Of a DNA stretch of 64,000 bases, positions 1-37,607 are shown one piece after another (positions within the stretch are counted from its first letter, which is position 1; every line of letters begins with the position of its first letter). The notes beneath the pieces are model-generated. The model had not been told where the DNA came from. It saw nothing but the letters and a program-made list of their open reading frames with translations, and did not search any database. The stretch is from the human T2T-CHM13v2.0 reference genome, Homo sapiens. The translations under genes were made by a program, and so were the position numbers. Location: NCBI RefSeq assembly GCF_009914755.1, contig NC_060933.1. One strand, 5' to 3'.

Positions 1-1117
1 CCACCTTCCCCTGCTCCAAGTCTAGGGAAATCTTTGTCAAGTTCTAGGGAGGCTCAAAATAGAACAGGGGCGGGAGAGTCAGCTGCTGTGAGTCAAGGTG
101 GGAGAACGGGCTGAAGGTAGAGTTCCTTTTAAAGACAAATTGACAGAGTGACAAGGTAACAAGAGTATATTATTACCTGGAACTTTCCAGAATGTGTCGG
201 TGCACTTTCTGGGACACTCCCTGGAAAACCCTCCTGGTGACATTTTCATTCCAGGAGCCTGAATGTGTCCTTAGTGGCATAGTGTTGGTGGTACTCCCAG
301 GGTCTCTCCTCATCACTCCCCCTCCCCCTGCCATGTCCAGAGCCCCAAGCTGGAACCCATTGCCTATGGAACGCCACCTCTTTTGTGGTCCCGTCCCCAG
401 CACACACAGGCGATGCACCTGCTTGGGCCCAGGGAGTGGGGAGAGGGCAAGGGCGTAGGCCATTCCCAGCCAGGCAGGGATGAGCCCAGGGCTGTGGGTA
501 CAGGGCCTGGGGCCCCTGCGGAGCAGACAGTGGTGCCAGTGATGTGGTGGGGTTCCCTGCCCTGGGGCAGAGGCGACAGTTTCTTAGACAGCGTCTCAGC
601 AGTGCTAGGTGGTTTCTGCAGCTGGGCTTTCAGGAGACCCAGGAGGCGCTGGAAGTGACCACCCAGGTTCCCAGACCACAGAGTAGCCAGGCCAGGGAGC
701 GGACAGGGTCTCTGCCCCCAGATTCCCCCCTCCCTCCTGCACCCCAACCCAGCCCTGGGTGAATGTCTCATGGCAACATACAAGATGGGTACCCCGGAAG
801 CCAGTGCCCAGGTCACTGGCACACACCTAGGTGGGGTCTCCACCGGGCCTGCTCCTGCCAACCCTGGACCCCTAGCCCCTGACGCCTGGGAGTATGGACA
901 AATCCAGGCAGCCCCAGCCAGCAGAGCCCCCTCGCACGACCTCCTGATGCCCCTCCTACCTGGCCAACTTAGGGACAAGCTGGGGGGTTGCTTCAGAGAA
1001 CAGGGCCTGGGGGAGGAAGGGCAGGCACTGCCCTAGGAAGCACCATGGGCTCCCACTCAGGGCCGTGGCCAGGAGAAGCTGTCAGCTGGTGTCTCCAGGA
1101 CACACCATCCATAGCAT

Positions 1118-1295
1118 CTGACCCCCTGCCCCCACCCGCTGTCAGCCTGCACACACTCGGGGGACAGGTGTGGCTCCTGACCCCTGCCCCCACCCGCTGT
1201 CAGCCTGCACACGCTCAGGGGACAGGTGTGGCTCCTGAACCCTGCCCCCACCCTCTGTCAGCCTGCACACGCTCGGGGGACAGGTGTGGCTCCTG
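1118..1295. repeat. Minisatellite, ~58-bp unit x3
   Basis: ctgacccctgcccccacccgctgtcagcctgcacacrctcgggggacaggtgtggctc repeated. Confidence 0.9.
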
Positions 1296-1751
1296 TGCCT
1301 TCTCGAGTGTCGGAGCTTGGAGTCTCCTAGGGTGTCCAGGAGTCCTGACCCGGCTCAGAGCCTGCCAGGGATGGGCCAGGGAGTCTGGAGAGGCCCAGGA
1401 TGCCTGCGGGGGGGGGGGGCACAGGGATGCCTGCTGGTGGAGGGCACACAAGGATGCCCGTGGGGGACACTGTGATGTGGGTTGGCGGGGGGGGGGGGGG
1501 CAGTATGGGGATGCCCACTGAGGGGGCACTGTGACTCCTGACCAGCAGAGAGTAGGGGCCTCCTCCCGCCTTCCATCCTCCCCGCCTTCCATCCTCTCCG
1601 CCTTCCATCCAGCCGTCCTCTCAGTCTCTTTCTGTGCACCTGCTGCACCAGCCTCCTCCCAGAGGAGGTCCTCCCCACCTCACCTCCGCACCCCCGGCTG
1701 CACTGCCCACCTCCCCTGCTCCACCCACGCTCAGGCCCTGGTGCATTGCAG

Positions 1752-25261
<23,510 letters not shown>

Positions 25262-26214
25262 GCCAGCCCTGCACGGAGCTCAGGCCACCAAGCCCGGGGT
25301 CCTCAGGAAGGACGTGGAGGAGCGTGTGAGGACACGGTGGCACTAGCGTGACCCTGGGGATGGCACACTCTACTCACCATGGCTCCTGGGACTCCACCCT
25401 GGAAAGGAGCCCCTCATGCGGGGGGAGGGCCAGCTCACCCCTGGGCACCTGCAGGCTAGTGAGGAGAGTTTTTTAACCTATTTTTACACGTCGATGCAGT
25501 CCACTTCTCTTTACACAGATGTACCGCAACTCGTGACCAGGGCTGGCTGGGAGGGCAACGCAGGGACTGGACGCCCTACAGGGCCGAGCCCAGGCTGTGC
25601 TGGAGGGTGGGGCTGGGGTGCATGGGGAGGGGAGCAGAACCCAGAACCCAGGAGCCCCGCGTGGGCCACACCCAACTCAGAGCCGGCCTGAGCGTTCACG
25701 GCCAGGCAGCCTCGCTTCCTTGCAGCCAAGGGCTGGGGGCCAGGGCTGCTGTTCTGCACTCTGGGGTGGGTGAGGGGGACCCTGGGCTGTTTGCTGTCCC
25801 AAGCCCCTTCTGGAAGTTAGAAGCAGCAAAGGGCCCGGGGAAGCCGGGCATGTGAGAGGGGTGCGTCCCCAGGTCCCCCAGAGGGCCCTGTCGCCGAGGA
25901 CCTTTCTGAAGGAAGCAGAAGACGCCATTTCCTCTACTTCACACTGAACTGTCCCAGCCACTGCATCTAGGGGGCATTGGGCGGAAGATGGTGCATTTCC
26001 ATGGACCATTTTACACTTACCTTTTAAAGCAAAGCCTCATTTTCTAAACCCCTGACTTGTGAAGCACAATTCAGCCTCCGGGCTGGGCCACGTGGAGAGA
26101 GAGGATCTTCTCAGCAAGGCGAGATCCCGGGCGGCGGCTGACATCAGGAGCGCCACCCTGCGTCCTTTGCTGCTGGTTCCTTACTGGTTTGTACGGTCAG
26201 CGCTGGAAACTTCT

Positions 26215-26220
26215 ATTAAA
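26215..26220 (+). terminator. KCNT1 proximal poly(A) signal ATTAAA
   Basis: First canonical hexamer I saw after the stop; TGTA shortly upstream (26190). Confidence 0.7.
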
Positions 26221-28250
26221 TGGATGCATTCTGGAGGCATGAAGTTACAAGTCAAGTCGCCCTGCTCGTGTTTCCAAGGCTCTCACCCCTCCCAGCCACC
26301 CCACTTTAAGGGTTACAAACACCTGCTGGGGTCCCCACCCCAACCCCATAGGCAAGCCCCCATTCCCCAGCCAGGCCAGGACAGTCCTTCCAAAACTCGG
26401 GAACCAAATTGTATTTGGCTACTGGTGACTGGATCCTGGTAGCCAGGAAACCTGCCTGGTGGTGGGGGTCCCAGAGTCCAGGAGGGCTGTCTGGTGAGCT
26501 GCCCATCAGCCTCACCCCTGCAGCCAGGCATGTCCCTGGGGTGGGCACAGAGACCCCAGGCTCTGCCCGCAGTGGCACAGAACTCATCTGAGGCCAGTGG
26601 CTGCTGGGGATCCCCTACACTGGGGGTCAGGGCTGCCCCAGGTGGGGATGTGTGTGCACCTCACCACGTTCACTTCAGGGTACCCCAAGAGGCTGAAGGG
26701 GAAGGACCAAAAGGCCGAGGTGCAGCCCCTCCCCGGTGTCAGGGCAGACAACACAGCAGCTGCTGGAGGGGCCGGCCCTGGCCACACAGACTAGCTAGTC
26801 CCTTACTCCCGGCCTGTCTGGAACCCTCCTGCTCAGAAGGTGCCCACTAGCCCTCTGTGGGGGACAGAGCCAGACATGGGTGGTCAGGGAGAGGCTGTGT
26901 GGATTCAGGGGACCAGAAAGTAAGTCCCAGGACCTTGATGGAGCGGCAGGGATTGATGTTGGGCTAGGGTGGCCAGAGCCTGTCCCAGCAGGGCTGGGGT
27001 CTATCACGTTCCTGGGATCCAAGCAGCGAGCACGCCCTGCCCCGCAGTCACCCCGCCCCGCAGTCGCCCTGCAGCTGGAAGGCCCAAGTCTGCCTCACCT
27101 GGGTGGCCTCTCATGTCCCCCACACCCTGGCCCCCAGGCGAGGGGGGCTGCACAGCACCTGCAGGGAGGAGAAGGGAGAGAAAAGCCGGTCTGGCTGCTG
27201 GGATGGGAGGGCCACAGTTCCAGCAGTGGCAGGGGAAGCTGTAGCCCCTGGAGCCCCACACTGGAAGAGCTGGCCTGCAGGAGGCACCATGGGGGAGTCG
27301 CATGACTTATTCGGGATTGACTTGCGATGTGGATGGTGTTCCCGGAGTCCCCTGTGGCCACTCCACCACCATGAGGCCGGGAGGCATCTTAGCCTTTGAG
27401 CCTCTCTCCAGGGGTGAGCGGAGCCCCCCAAAGAGGGCTGAAGGCTTGCTGCCCAAGAGGGGCTGGGTGAGCACTTGGGGCCTCTGAGAACATCAGTGGT
27501 CCGTTCCCTCCTGCACACTGGTGGCAAGTGGCAGCATTTTTTCATAATCTCCAGTAATGAGGCCACTTCGGGTCCAGCCCTGGACATCCGAGGAGGAGGC
27601 GGGCAGTCCCTGCCCCTTCACTAACCGCAGAGGATGCCAGCTCTAGGCCCCCTGCTCCGCCTGGAGCTCATGCGGGCAGCCGTGGACACAGGTGGCACCC
27701 AGCGCCCAGCGGCCTGTGAATCCTCCCGTGGGCAAAGCTGGGAGCCAGGGGCTGGAACCAGGCAGGTCAGTGACTGTGAGATGCCAGCTGCCAGCCCAAG
27801 AAAAGCTGCCTGCAGCATCTGGAAACTTCTGTGCTCTCCTTGGCCTCTGTGTTCTTCATCTCCAGGTTTAGGGAGCACCCGGGTGCCTCTCTGCTTGTCC
27901 CGAGCCCACTCACCAACAGCCCCAGCTTGCACAGTCATGACATCAGGAAGGTGGGTCCCTGCTCCCAGCCGTCCTCGTCCACCATCACTTCTCCCAGCCT
28001 CGTGTCCTGCTGACCCATAAAAGGTCCCCCTGCAAAGTACACCAAGTGAAGTAGGATCTGAGCAAAGGTTGAGGGACTGAATTCCCTAAGAAGTCATCAC
28101 TGCCTAGAATAAGCGAAAAGAATTTTTTTTAATGTTTTACGGTAGAATTATTTGAAACATACAAAATGAGTGAGACACCTGCTATTTTCCTTATTCCTGT
28201 TTTTTGTTTGTTTTTATTTTCCTTATACCTAATTCATCTAACAGAAAACT

Positions 28251-28590
<340 letters not shown>

Positions 28591-28599
28591 TCAAAATCA

Positions 28600-29049
28600 G
28601 AATACCAACAGTGTATTGGGTGATTATCGCTTATGTGTGAGTGAAATGTAAGAGCAACGTTAAAAGGGACAGGTGGGAGGAAGCGGGGGCCATCAGTTAC
28701 AAGTTACCATGTGACCTGAGAAGCAGTACAGTGTAACTTACAGGTGGATCTGGATGAGCTGCAAACTCTAGGGCAACCACTAAAATATATATATACTTAT
28801 TTTTCTTTTTATTATTTTTTTCTATATATGGAAGTATAATTGATACGCTACAAAAGACAAGACTATGGAATCATATAAAATGCTTAACTGAAACCAGAGA
28901 AAGCAGAAAAGAAAGGCAGATAGAAACTAAGACCAAGGGCAACAAATAGAAAACAGTTACAAATATGGTAGATGATAATCCCACGAACCCAGTCATCACA
29001 TTCAATGTACATGAATTAGTCTAAATACACCAATTAAAATACAGAGACT
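28600..29049 (+). mobile_element. L1M fragment (ORF1/ORF2 junction region)
   Basis: A-rich; aaatagaaaacagttacaaatatggtagat...ctaaatacaccaattaaaa resembles the L1 ORF2 start. Confidence 0.65.
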
Positions 29050-29360
29050 GGCCGGGCGCGGTGGCTCACACCTCTAATCCCAGCACTCTGGGAGGCCGAG
29101 GCGGGCGGATGACCTGAGGTCAGGAGTTTGAGAACAGCCTGGCCAACATGTGAAACCCCAACTCTACTAAAATTACAGAAACTAGCCAGGCGTGGTGTTG
29201 TGTGTGTGTGCCTGTAATCCCAGCTACTCCGGAGGCTGAGGCACGAGAATCACTTGAACCCAGGAGGAGGAGGCTGCAGTGAGCCAAGATCGTGCCACTG
29301 CACTCCAGCCTGGATGACAGAGCAAGACTTCATCTCCAAAAAAAAAAAAAAAAAAAAAAA
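29050..29360 (+). mobile_element. AluS
   Basis: ggccgggcgcggtggctcac... with A tail. Confidence 0.95.
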
Positions 29361-30936
29361 GATGGAGACCGATAGTGGATTTGTTAAGTCCCCAAGTTAT
29401 GGAGAGTCACATGACCAGCACGTCAGCCCCAGCTTCAGCAGTCCTCAGCCCTGTCTGTCCTTCTCCACCTCCCACACACACCTCAAGCCTGGATGTGTGT
29501 CCAGGCTGGAGGGTTTTAAAGTGACCCCTAGATGGCACATGGTTTTACAGCCGGCAGTGTGGCCAGCCAGTTCCCCGCAGCTCCAGCTCCTGAAGAGCCC
29601 CTGGGTACAGGAAGGTGTCCCGCTCAGCAAGCAGATGCTCGCCGCTGGAGAGGTCCAACCTGGTCAGGTGCTCAGGCTGCAAAGGGCACCCACGGCAGGT
29701 GGCACAGCTGGTTGGAAGCCAGGAAGAGCTCCTCCAGGCAGGCACCTGCTTGAAGGTGCCAGGTGACAGGTGAGCGATGCAGTTGCCTGAGGGTGCATGT
29801 ACCTCAGTGGGGAAACTGAGGCACGGCCCCTTCATGGCCATGCCGCCTGCCAGGTGTCCAGGCATTGGCTACCATGATCAGCCCCTGCAGTGCCCCTGGG
29901 TCCCAGAAAGCTGCCGTCTCTGCCCCACAGCTGCCTGGATGGTTGTGTGTGCGGGCCAGGCTCCAGAGGCCCCACCTTGCATGCATGGAAGGCACAGAGG
30001 ACCTGTGAGGGGCACTGAGGCACGGCCGCTGCAGGGCAAGGGCTTCTCCTTGAGCAGAAGAGTCAGGCAGGACTGAGGACAGAGGATGCTCAGAGAGCAG
30101 CCGGCCCAGCCCCTGCACCTGCCCGGAGCCTCGCTGCTCCACTTGCCCTGGCATTCCCGAAAGCAGGCTGCAGGGGAGCCACAGGGCACCCGGGGCAGAG
30201 TCTCACGGAGCCCCCAACTCACACATTCGATCTACTGCTGCGACTCCCAGCCCGCCCCAGAGGACAGCAGCCAGGAGCCCTCCTGACCTCCGAGGAGCCC
30301 AGATCTCCAGGGGACTGACAGTGGCTTGACCTCCTGTCTGCTGAGCACCGCCGAGCCTCAGCGCCAACCCCGGAGCTCTGCGCTCTCCCAGGATGCCAGC
30401 TCCCATCCAGCTGTTCCTGGGCCCCTGCCCTCACTCAGCCCGCCCTCTGGCACCACCTCCACACGTGAGCTCACTCTCTTTCTCTGTTCCCCTCTGAGCA
30501 GCTGAGCTTCTCCAGCCTTCCCCCATGCCGTCCTCTTCCTCACCCCACCCCCAGTGCCCCCCAAAACACACCCTGAGTCAGGCTGGCTCCTGGCCACTGA
30601 ACATGAAGGGTGCTGCTGGTTCTCACCTCACTTGACCTCCACTGGACACTCACCCCACCCGCCCTCCGAAGAGTCTGTCTTGGCCCTCCTGATGGTCCTC
30701 ACGCAGCCCCAGACTACTGAGGTTTGCCGGTGCTGACCCGTCTACCAGCTCCCCCAGAAGTCCATCCACACTCAAGTCCGGGAACTCGTCAGCCCACTCC
30801 ACATTCCAAGTGGCTGTCCTGGGGGTACCTCAGACTCCACGTGTCCAAGCCGATCCATCTGTCACACCCTCAAGACCCCATGTCCTCCCTCAGTGTCCCC
30901 CACCCACACCCTGAGGCCACCCGCCGTCTCTCACAC

Positions 30937-30954
30937 GGGCACTAGGGGGCGCCT
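30937..30954 (+). promoter_or_regulatory. CTCF-like motif GGGCACTAGGGGGCGCCT
   Basis: 13/14 match to CCASYAGRKGGCRS. Confidence 0.6.
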
Positions 30955-31107
30955 CTGCCCTCTTTCCTCTGCTTCCCAAGCAGCCTCCGCCCTCTCCAGC
31001 ATCACCAGGAAACGCTCCCTTTCCTGTGCCTTGGGCCCTTTGCCTGTTCTCTGTAACCAGAGCTGACCTTCAAATCCACCCTATCACTGTCTAAAATCCT
31101 GGGGTGC

Positions 31108-31162
31108 AGCGTGACGAAGCAGCCCTAAATTCTGAGCGTGACGAAGCAGCCCTAAATTCTGA
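31108..31162. repeat. 27-bp tandem duplication
   Basis: agcgtgacgaagcagccctaaattctg x2. Confidence 0.9.
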
Positions 31163-32852
31163 GAGCGGCTGTGAGTTCATGCTGGGGTGGGCCTTGGGGG
31201 CTTGGCCACAGCGCCTGGCACCCAGGATGCTCATGAAAGGCACTGATGGCTGTTTGGGACCAGGCATTCTTCCAGGCATGTGTCAAACACGGCCACCCCT
31301 GGAAGGCCCTGGGAACAGCCTGACCCTGGCCGTGCTCCCGGCCCTGAGTTCTTTGCTGCAGCAAACCAGCCCTGTAGAGCAGTGCATGTGGCAGGCAGGA
31401 CAGGTCTGGAGGAAGCAGCCCACGGTGGCAGCTCCACACACCAAAACACCAGCTCCGCGCTGCAGTCTCCGGTACGCACCTGCCCAGGCACCATGCATTG
31501 TTCCCACCTCTCACCACCCTCCACCCGCCCTGCTCGGGCCCTGCAGGGTGGTGGACAAGGCTGCCTGGTCTCAACCTCTTCTGAGGCTGTGCCTCCTCCT
31601 CCCTGAGGACACCCTCCTGCCTCCTCCTGTCCCCTGGGGGCCCGCACGCTCCAGTGTCTCGCCTCCAATGTTCCATCCTTAAGTCGTGAGCCGCACCTCC
31701 TCTCTCCACCACTCCCCCATGGCACTGCGGCCTCGGTCACATCTCTCTACTGCCCATGAACTTCAACACCCCCCAGATGCCATGAATTAATGCAAGCCAC
31801 CCCTGGCTGGGACCCTTGCCTCCTTGTCTCCAGCCCTGCACCGCACCCAACAGCACACCCAGCCCTATTCCAGAACGAATGAGTGAATGAATGAGCAGAT
31901 GGATAAATGAATGAACAGATGAGCGAGTGGAGGAGTACGTGAGTGCATGGTCATTCTACTCAAAATACAAAGTCCCAAAGGCCAGATGGCAGCTTGTGGC
32001 CAGGGTCCTTCACAGTGTGGCCTCCATTTTTCCTTAAAGTCTGGTCCCCCATCCCCCACCACCACCTCCCAGCCCAAGAAGGCCACCACTCTAATAAGAG
32101 AGCAGTGAGCAGCAGGCGCTGGCCGTGATTCCTGAACCACCTGCCCGTGGCCACCTCCCTCGGATGGCAGCTGACATGGTCTCGCTCAGCCCATCATGTT
32201 GCCACTTAGCCACCACACTGGCCCAGACTTCCAGTGATGGTGCTGGCACTCGGGGAACAAGAGCAGTAGGACTCACTGGTCACTTGGCCCAGAAGGCCCA
32301 CCCACTGCCCTGATCATCAGCTCTGAGACCTCCCATTCCTGCATCCTTCCACAACCATCACCTGCCCAGACCAGCTCCAGGCTCAAGAGCCTGAGCTCCT
32401 CAGCATCGCACATTTCTTGGCTTCTGCAAAGACTTCTTCATCACCTCCCAGCCAACCCTGGTCAATTCTTTGGGTCTGGAAAAGGTCCTGCCCAGTCCAC
32501 CTGCCTGACCTTCCTCCACCAGCCTGCAAAGCTCGGACACACAGAGCTGTGTGCTCAGCGCCGCGCATCCACCCCACGGCACCTTACTCCACGGGTGCTT
32601 CCGGGTACACACTTAGGGACAGTGCGGCCTCACCACACAGGAGAAACACAGACTTACCATGTGCCACAGATCCAGGGACGTGACGCCCAAAGTCCTGGGT
32701 AAGTGAAGCAGGAGCACTGGCCTTTGCGACTCCTTCCATCTCTAGAAATCTCGTTATAAAATTATTAAGATGAGTGAGAGTCACCGGCAACGTTTATTAT
32801 TTTGCTTCATGACTAACATATGCGACTCTATTCCTTGGATGGCTTTCAAATA

Positions 32853-33133
32853 TTTTACTTTTTATGTTTTTGAGACAGGGTCTAGCTCTGCTGCCCAGAC
32901 TGTAGTGCAGTGGTGGATTCACGGCTCACGACAGCCCCAACCTGCTGGGCTTGAATGATCCTCCTACCTCAGCCTCCCGAGTAGCTGGGACTACAAGTTA
33001 AGCATCACCAAGCCCGGCTAATTTTTGTATTTTTGGTAGAGATGGGGTTTTGCCATGTTGCCCAGACTGGTCTCCAATTCCTGGACTCAAGCAATCCTCC
33101 CACCTCAGTCTCTCAAAGTGCTGGGATTACAGG
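32853..33133 (-). mobile_element. Alu (AluJ-like)
   Basis: Reverse Alu consensus. Confidence 0.92.
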
Positions 33134-33237
33134 TTGAATATTTTATAATAAAAAATAGAAATCCTGAGAGGTCCACCTACCTTTGGCAATGTCAGCTCTT
33201 CAAGCAGTGGACGCACTGCCCACGTGTGACCTCAACA

Positions 33238-33580
33238 GTGCCCCCCAAACCCACAGGTGGACATCCTATCCCTGGCGACCTCTGTCATGGGCTGAACGGT
33301 GTCCCCCAAACCCACAGGTGGACGTCCTATCCCTGGCGACCTCTGTCATGGGCTGAACGGTGTCCCCCAAACCCACAGGTGGACATCCTATCCCTGGTGA
33401 CCTCTGTTATGGGCTGAACGGTGTCCCCCAAACCCACAGGTGGATGTCCATTCCCTGAGGACGTCAGAATGTGATTGTCTTTGGAGACAGGGCCTTTAAA
33501 GAGGTAATTAAGTTAAAAAGAGGTCACCGGGATGGGCCCTAATCCAATCTGACTGGTGTCCTTACAAGAAAAGGAAATTA
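33238..33580 (+). mobile_element. MLT1A/B-like LTR 5' part whose first ~61 bp are tandemly amplified x3.5
   Basis: tgttatgggctgaacggtgtcccccaaa...cagaatgtgattgtctttggagacagggcctttaaagaggtaattaagttaaa...gggccctaatccaatctgactggtgtcctt. Confidence 0.85.
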
Positions 33581-33882
<302 letters not shown>

Positions 33883-34033
33883 TTAGACCTCTACAAGAAA
33901 AATTATCAAATGTTTTGCAAGCTTTAAGAGTTAAATAATGAAGCCACACCAAGTTCATGGATCAATACTATAAAGATGTCAAATCTCTCTGACCTCAAGA
34001 CAATCCCAAACCAAATCTCAATTACTGGGGGTT

Positions 34034-34075
34034 GGGGAGGGGAGGGGAGGGGAGGGGAGGGGAGGGGAGGGGAGG
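34034..34075. repeat. (GGGGA)n pentamer repeat, G-quadruplex potential
   Basis: About 8 copies. Confidence 0.9.
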
Positions 34076-34224
34076 CTGGGTAGAACCTAACATGCAAAGG
34101 GCCAAAAATATCCAAAACGCTCTTAGCGGAAGCAGCTGGTTTACCAGAGAGCGAGTCTCATTATCAAGCGACAGGAATCAGGATCCTGCCTGTGTATTGC
34201 ACAAATAGACAACTAGACTGGATT

Positions 34225-34703
34225 CGCTTCCTGTTGCTGCTGTAACAAACTTAGTGACTTCAACCACCACAAACTTATTAACAGCTCCATAGACCAGAAG
34301 TCGGACAAACACCTGAGTTGAGATCAAGGTCATCAGCAGAGCTCCCAGCTTTCTGGAGACTCTCCAGAGAATCTAGAAGCCTTTCCAGCTTCTAGAGGGC
34401 ATCTGCATTCCTTGGCTCACGGCCCCTCCCTCCATCTGCAAAACCAGCAGTCTGCAGCTCTGTGCTCTCTTCCGTCGGCCCGGTCTTGCTCTGTCCTCTG
34501 CACCCATCCCACACTTGAGACACCCTTGTGATGACATGGGGCTCCCCTAACAGTCTATGCTGATCTCCCATCTCAAGATCATCTGATTCGCAACCCGAAT
34601 TCCATCTTCAACCTTGATTCCCCTTCACTGTGTTAACAAAACACCCAGAGATCAGAATATGGACATCTCTGAGGGTGTAGGGTGGGCACTGCTCTGCTCA
34701 CCA
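34225..34703 (-). mobile_element. MLT1 (MaLR) LTR, antisense
   Basis: gctgctgtaacaaac...ccagcttctagag...cattccttggctc...ggcccctccctccatct...gatctcccatctcaagatc. Confidence 0.75.
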
Positions 34704-34941
34704 GAGACCAACGGACTGGAAGTACTGAAACAAAACCACAGCAAAGCTGGCACTGCCAAACAGCAGAGGAAGTATGGCGTGTCCAAGAAGTGGCTCTGGG
34801 ACCATTAGAGATTCTCATAGAAAAAAAAATGATACGGACTTCCACCTCATTCACAAGCCGTAAGAGCCAAGTCCAGGTGCGTTATAGGCTGAAATACAAA
34901 CGTCAAAGGTTTACAAGGTAGTTTCCATGGCAGGGCAAGAG

Positions 34942-35275
<334 letters not shown>

Positions 35276-35538
35276 TAATAACATTGACAATCTGGCCACA
35301 AAATCTTAAAAACTTCTGTGTATCCACAAACAAAAAAAATTGAAAAGTCACAGAATGGAAGATATTTATACCTTCTGTATATTGTCTTTCAAAAATGTAT
35401 CTTCTATAAATTAGGAAAAGATGACTCAGGAGAAAAACAGGCAAAAAGCTTCTACAGACACTTCACAGGAGGAAACTCCGTGACCAAAAAAAGATGTAAA
35501 TAGGCTCCACTTCTGTTGCCATCAAGAAACTGCCAATC

Positions 35539-35912
<374 letters not shown>

Positions 35913-37301
35913 TCACAAAAGGAGAGGCGCCCTGTCCTCTTGATCACTCAAAGAAGTTCTATGAATCAACAGGAAAAAAGCCCACCCAATTAACACAACC
36001 TCATTAAAAGTGGGCCAGGGAAGTGAACGGAAATCTCCCAGAAGCAGCAGCGTGTTAGGCCCATCCCCATTTGAAAACACAAGTCAACCTCCCTAGTGCC
36101 CGGGAAAGGAACAGAGAAAGCAGTGACAACCCACATCACACCCACCAGTCCAGGAAAAGTCCAATCCTGGGGCCCTGAGAATCCCACACGGGCCCAGCAC
36201 ATCCCAGCCCCCGGCCCGTGCTCCCAGGACACAGGCCTGGGGCTGGAGACAGGCTTAGCAGCGCAGTGGCGGTGCCGGGAGGGGCCTGGGACAGGGCAAG
36301 CTCTGGGCAGATACTCCCCCACCTGCTGAGACCCGAGCACGTCCAGGCTTGCTCCATAAGCCATGCGGGGAGGACCCCGAGTCATCCTCAGGCCGTCGAC
36401 TCCACCCCAGCTGGGCAGACAGCTCCTCTCCTCCTGCCACTTTCTCAAATAGCCGCCCCACCCCCGTGAGCTCCACTGAGGCCCAGACATACACCCCCAT
36501 CAGTGCCGTACACACTTCAACATCTTTGAAAGCAGACCATCTTAACATCAACAGCGTGGCATAGTTTGATGGGCAGCATTTCTTGGTGGCACAAAATGAT
36601 GATGTATCTTAAAATGAAGGACACCTTAGATTCCGTGAAATACCAAGTTGTCAGTGGATGCTGCTATCCTCATCTGCCTGTGCACTGGCCGGCCTGTAAG
36701 CTCCAGGCGGGCAGGGCTGGTAAGCACTGGCGCAAGGTGCACCTGCTTACGCGGTGACTCCGGTGTGGGGTGCAGGGTGTGGAGGTGGGCGTAGTGTCCG
36801 GAGATACCAACAGCCATGTGCTGTGGGGAAGGGGCAGGGCAGGGTGGGCAGTTTTCTGTTCTGTTCTCTCCTGTGCATTTCTGAACTCTTTGCACAGCTG
36901 ATACTTTCAAGGAAAGCATATATATATAGCAAGGGCTGTGTATGCAATCAATTCACTTCCAGTGCAGGGCAAGGAAATTAACTCCAAAGGAGAGACTGCA
37001 GCCCAGAGCTTCCTGCAGGGCACCCACCTGGATATGTTCCGGGAAGAGGGGCACCGGCCCCCACCACAGCCCCAGCCAGGCTTGTGGGAAACCCTCCTCA
37101 CCCCTTGCCTCGCACTTCAGAATGAGGCCTTTCCTTTGTACCCTAATCCTCCGAGGCTGAAATGCTACTTCTGTGGGGCTTCTAAAACAAGATCTACATT
37201 ACCAGTTTTTATTTGAAAGCACAGAAGACAGGCCTGCAGCTTCTCCATAAATGGAGGAAACCCCATTTGCTTCTGAATTCTCAGACAAAAAAGAAGATTC
37301 A

Positions 37302-37607
<306 letters not shown>

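Larger units (their letters stand above)
30750..31925 (+). mobile_element. Probable degenerate L2 remnants
   Basis: ctcagactccacgtgtccaagcc resembles L2 catctcaaacttaacatgtccaaaac; (GAAT)n-like end at 31875-31925. Confidence 0.4.
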
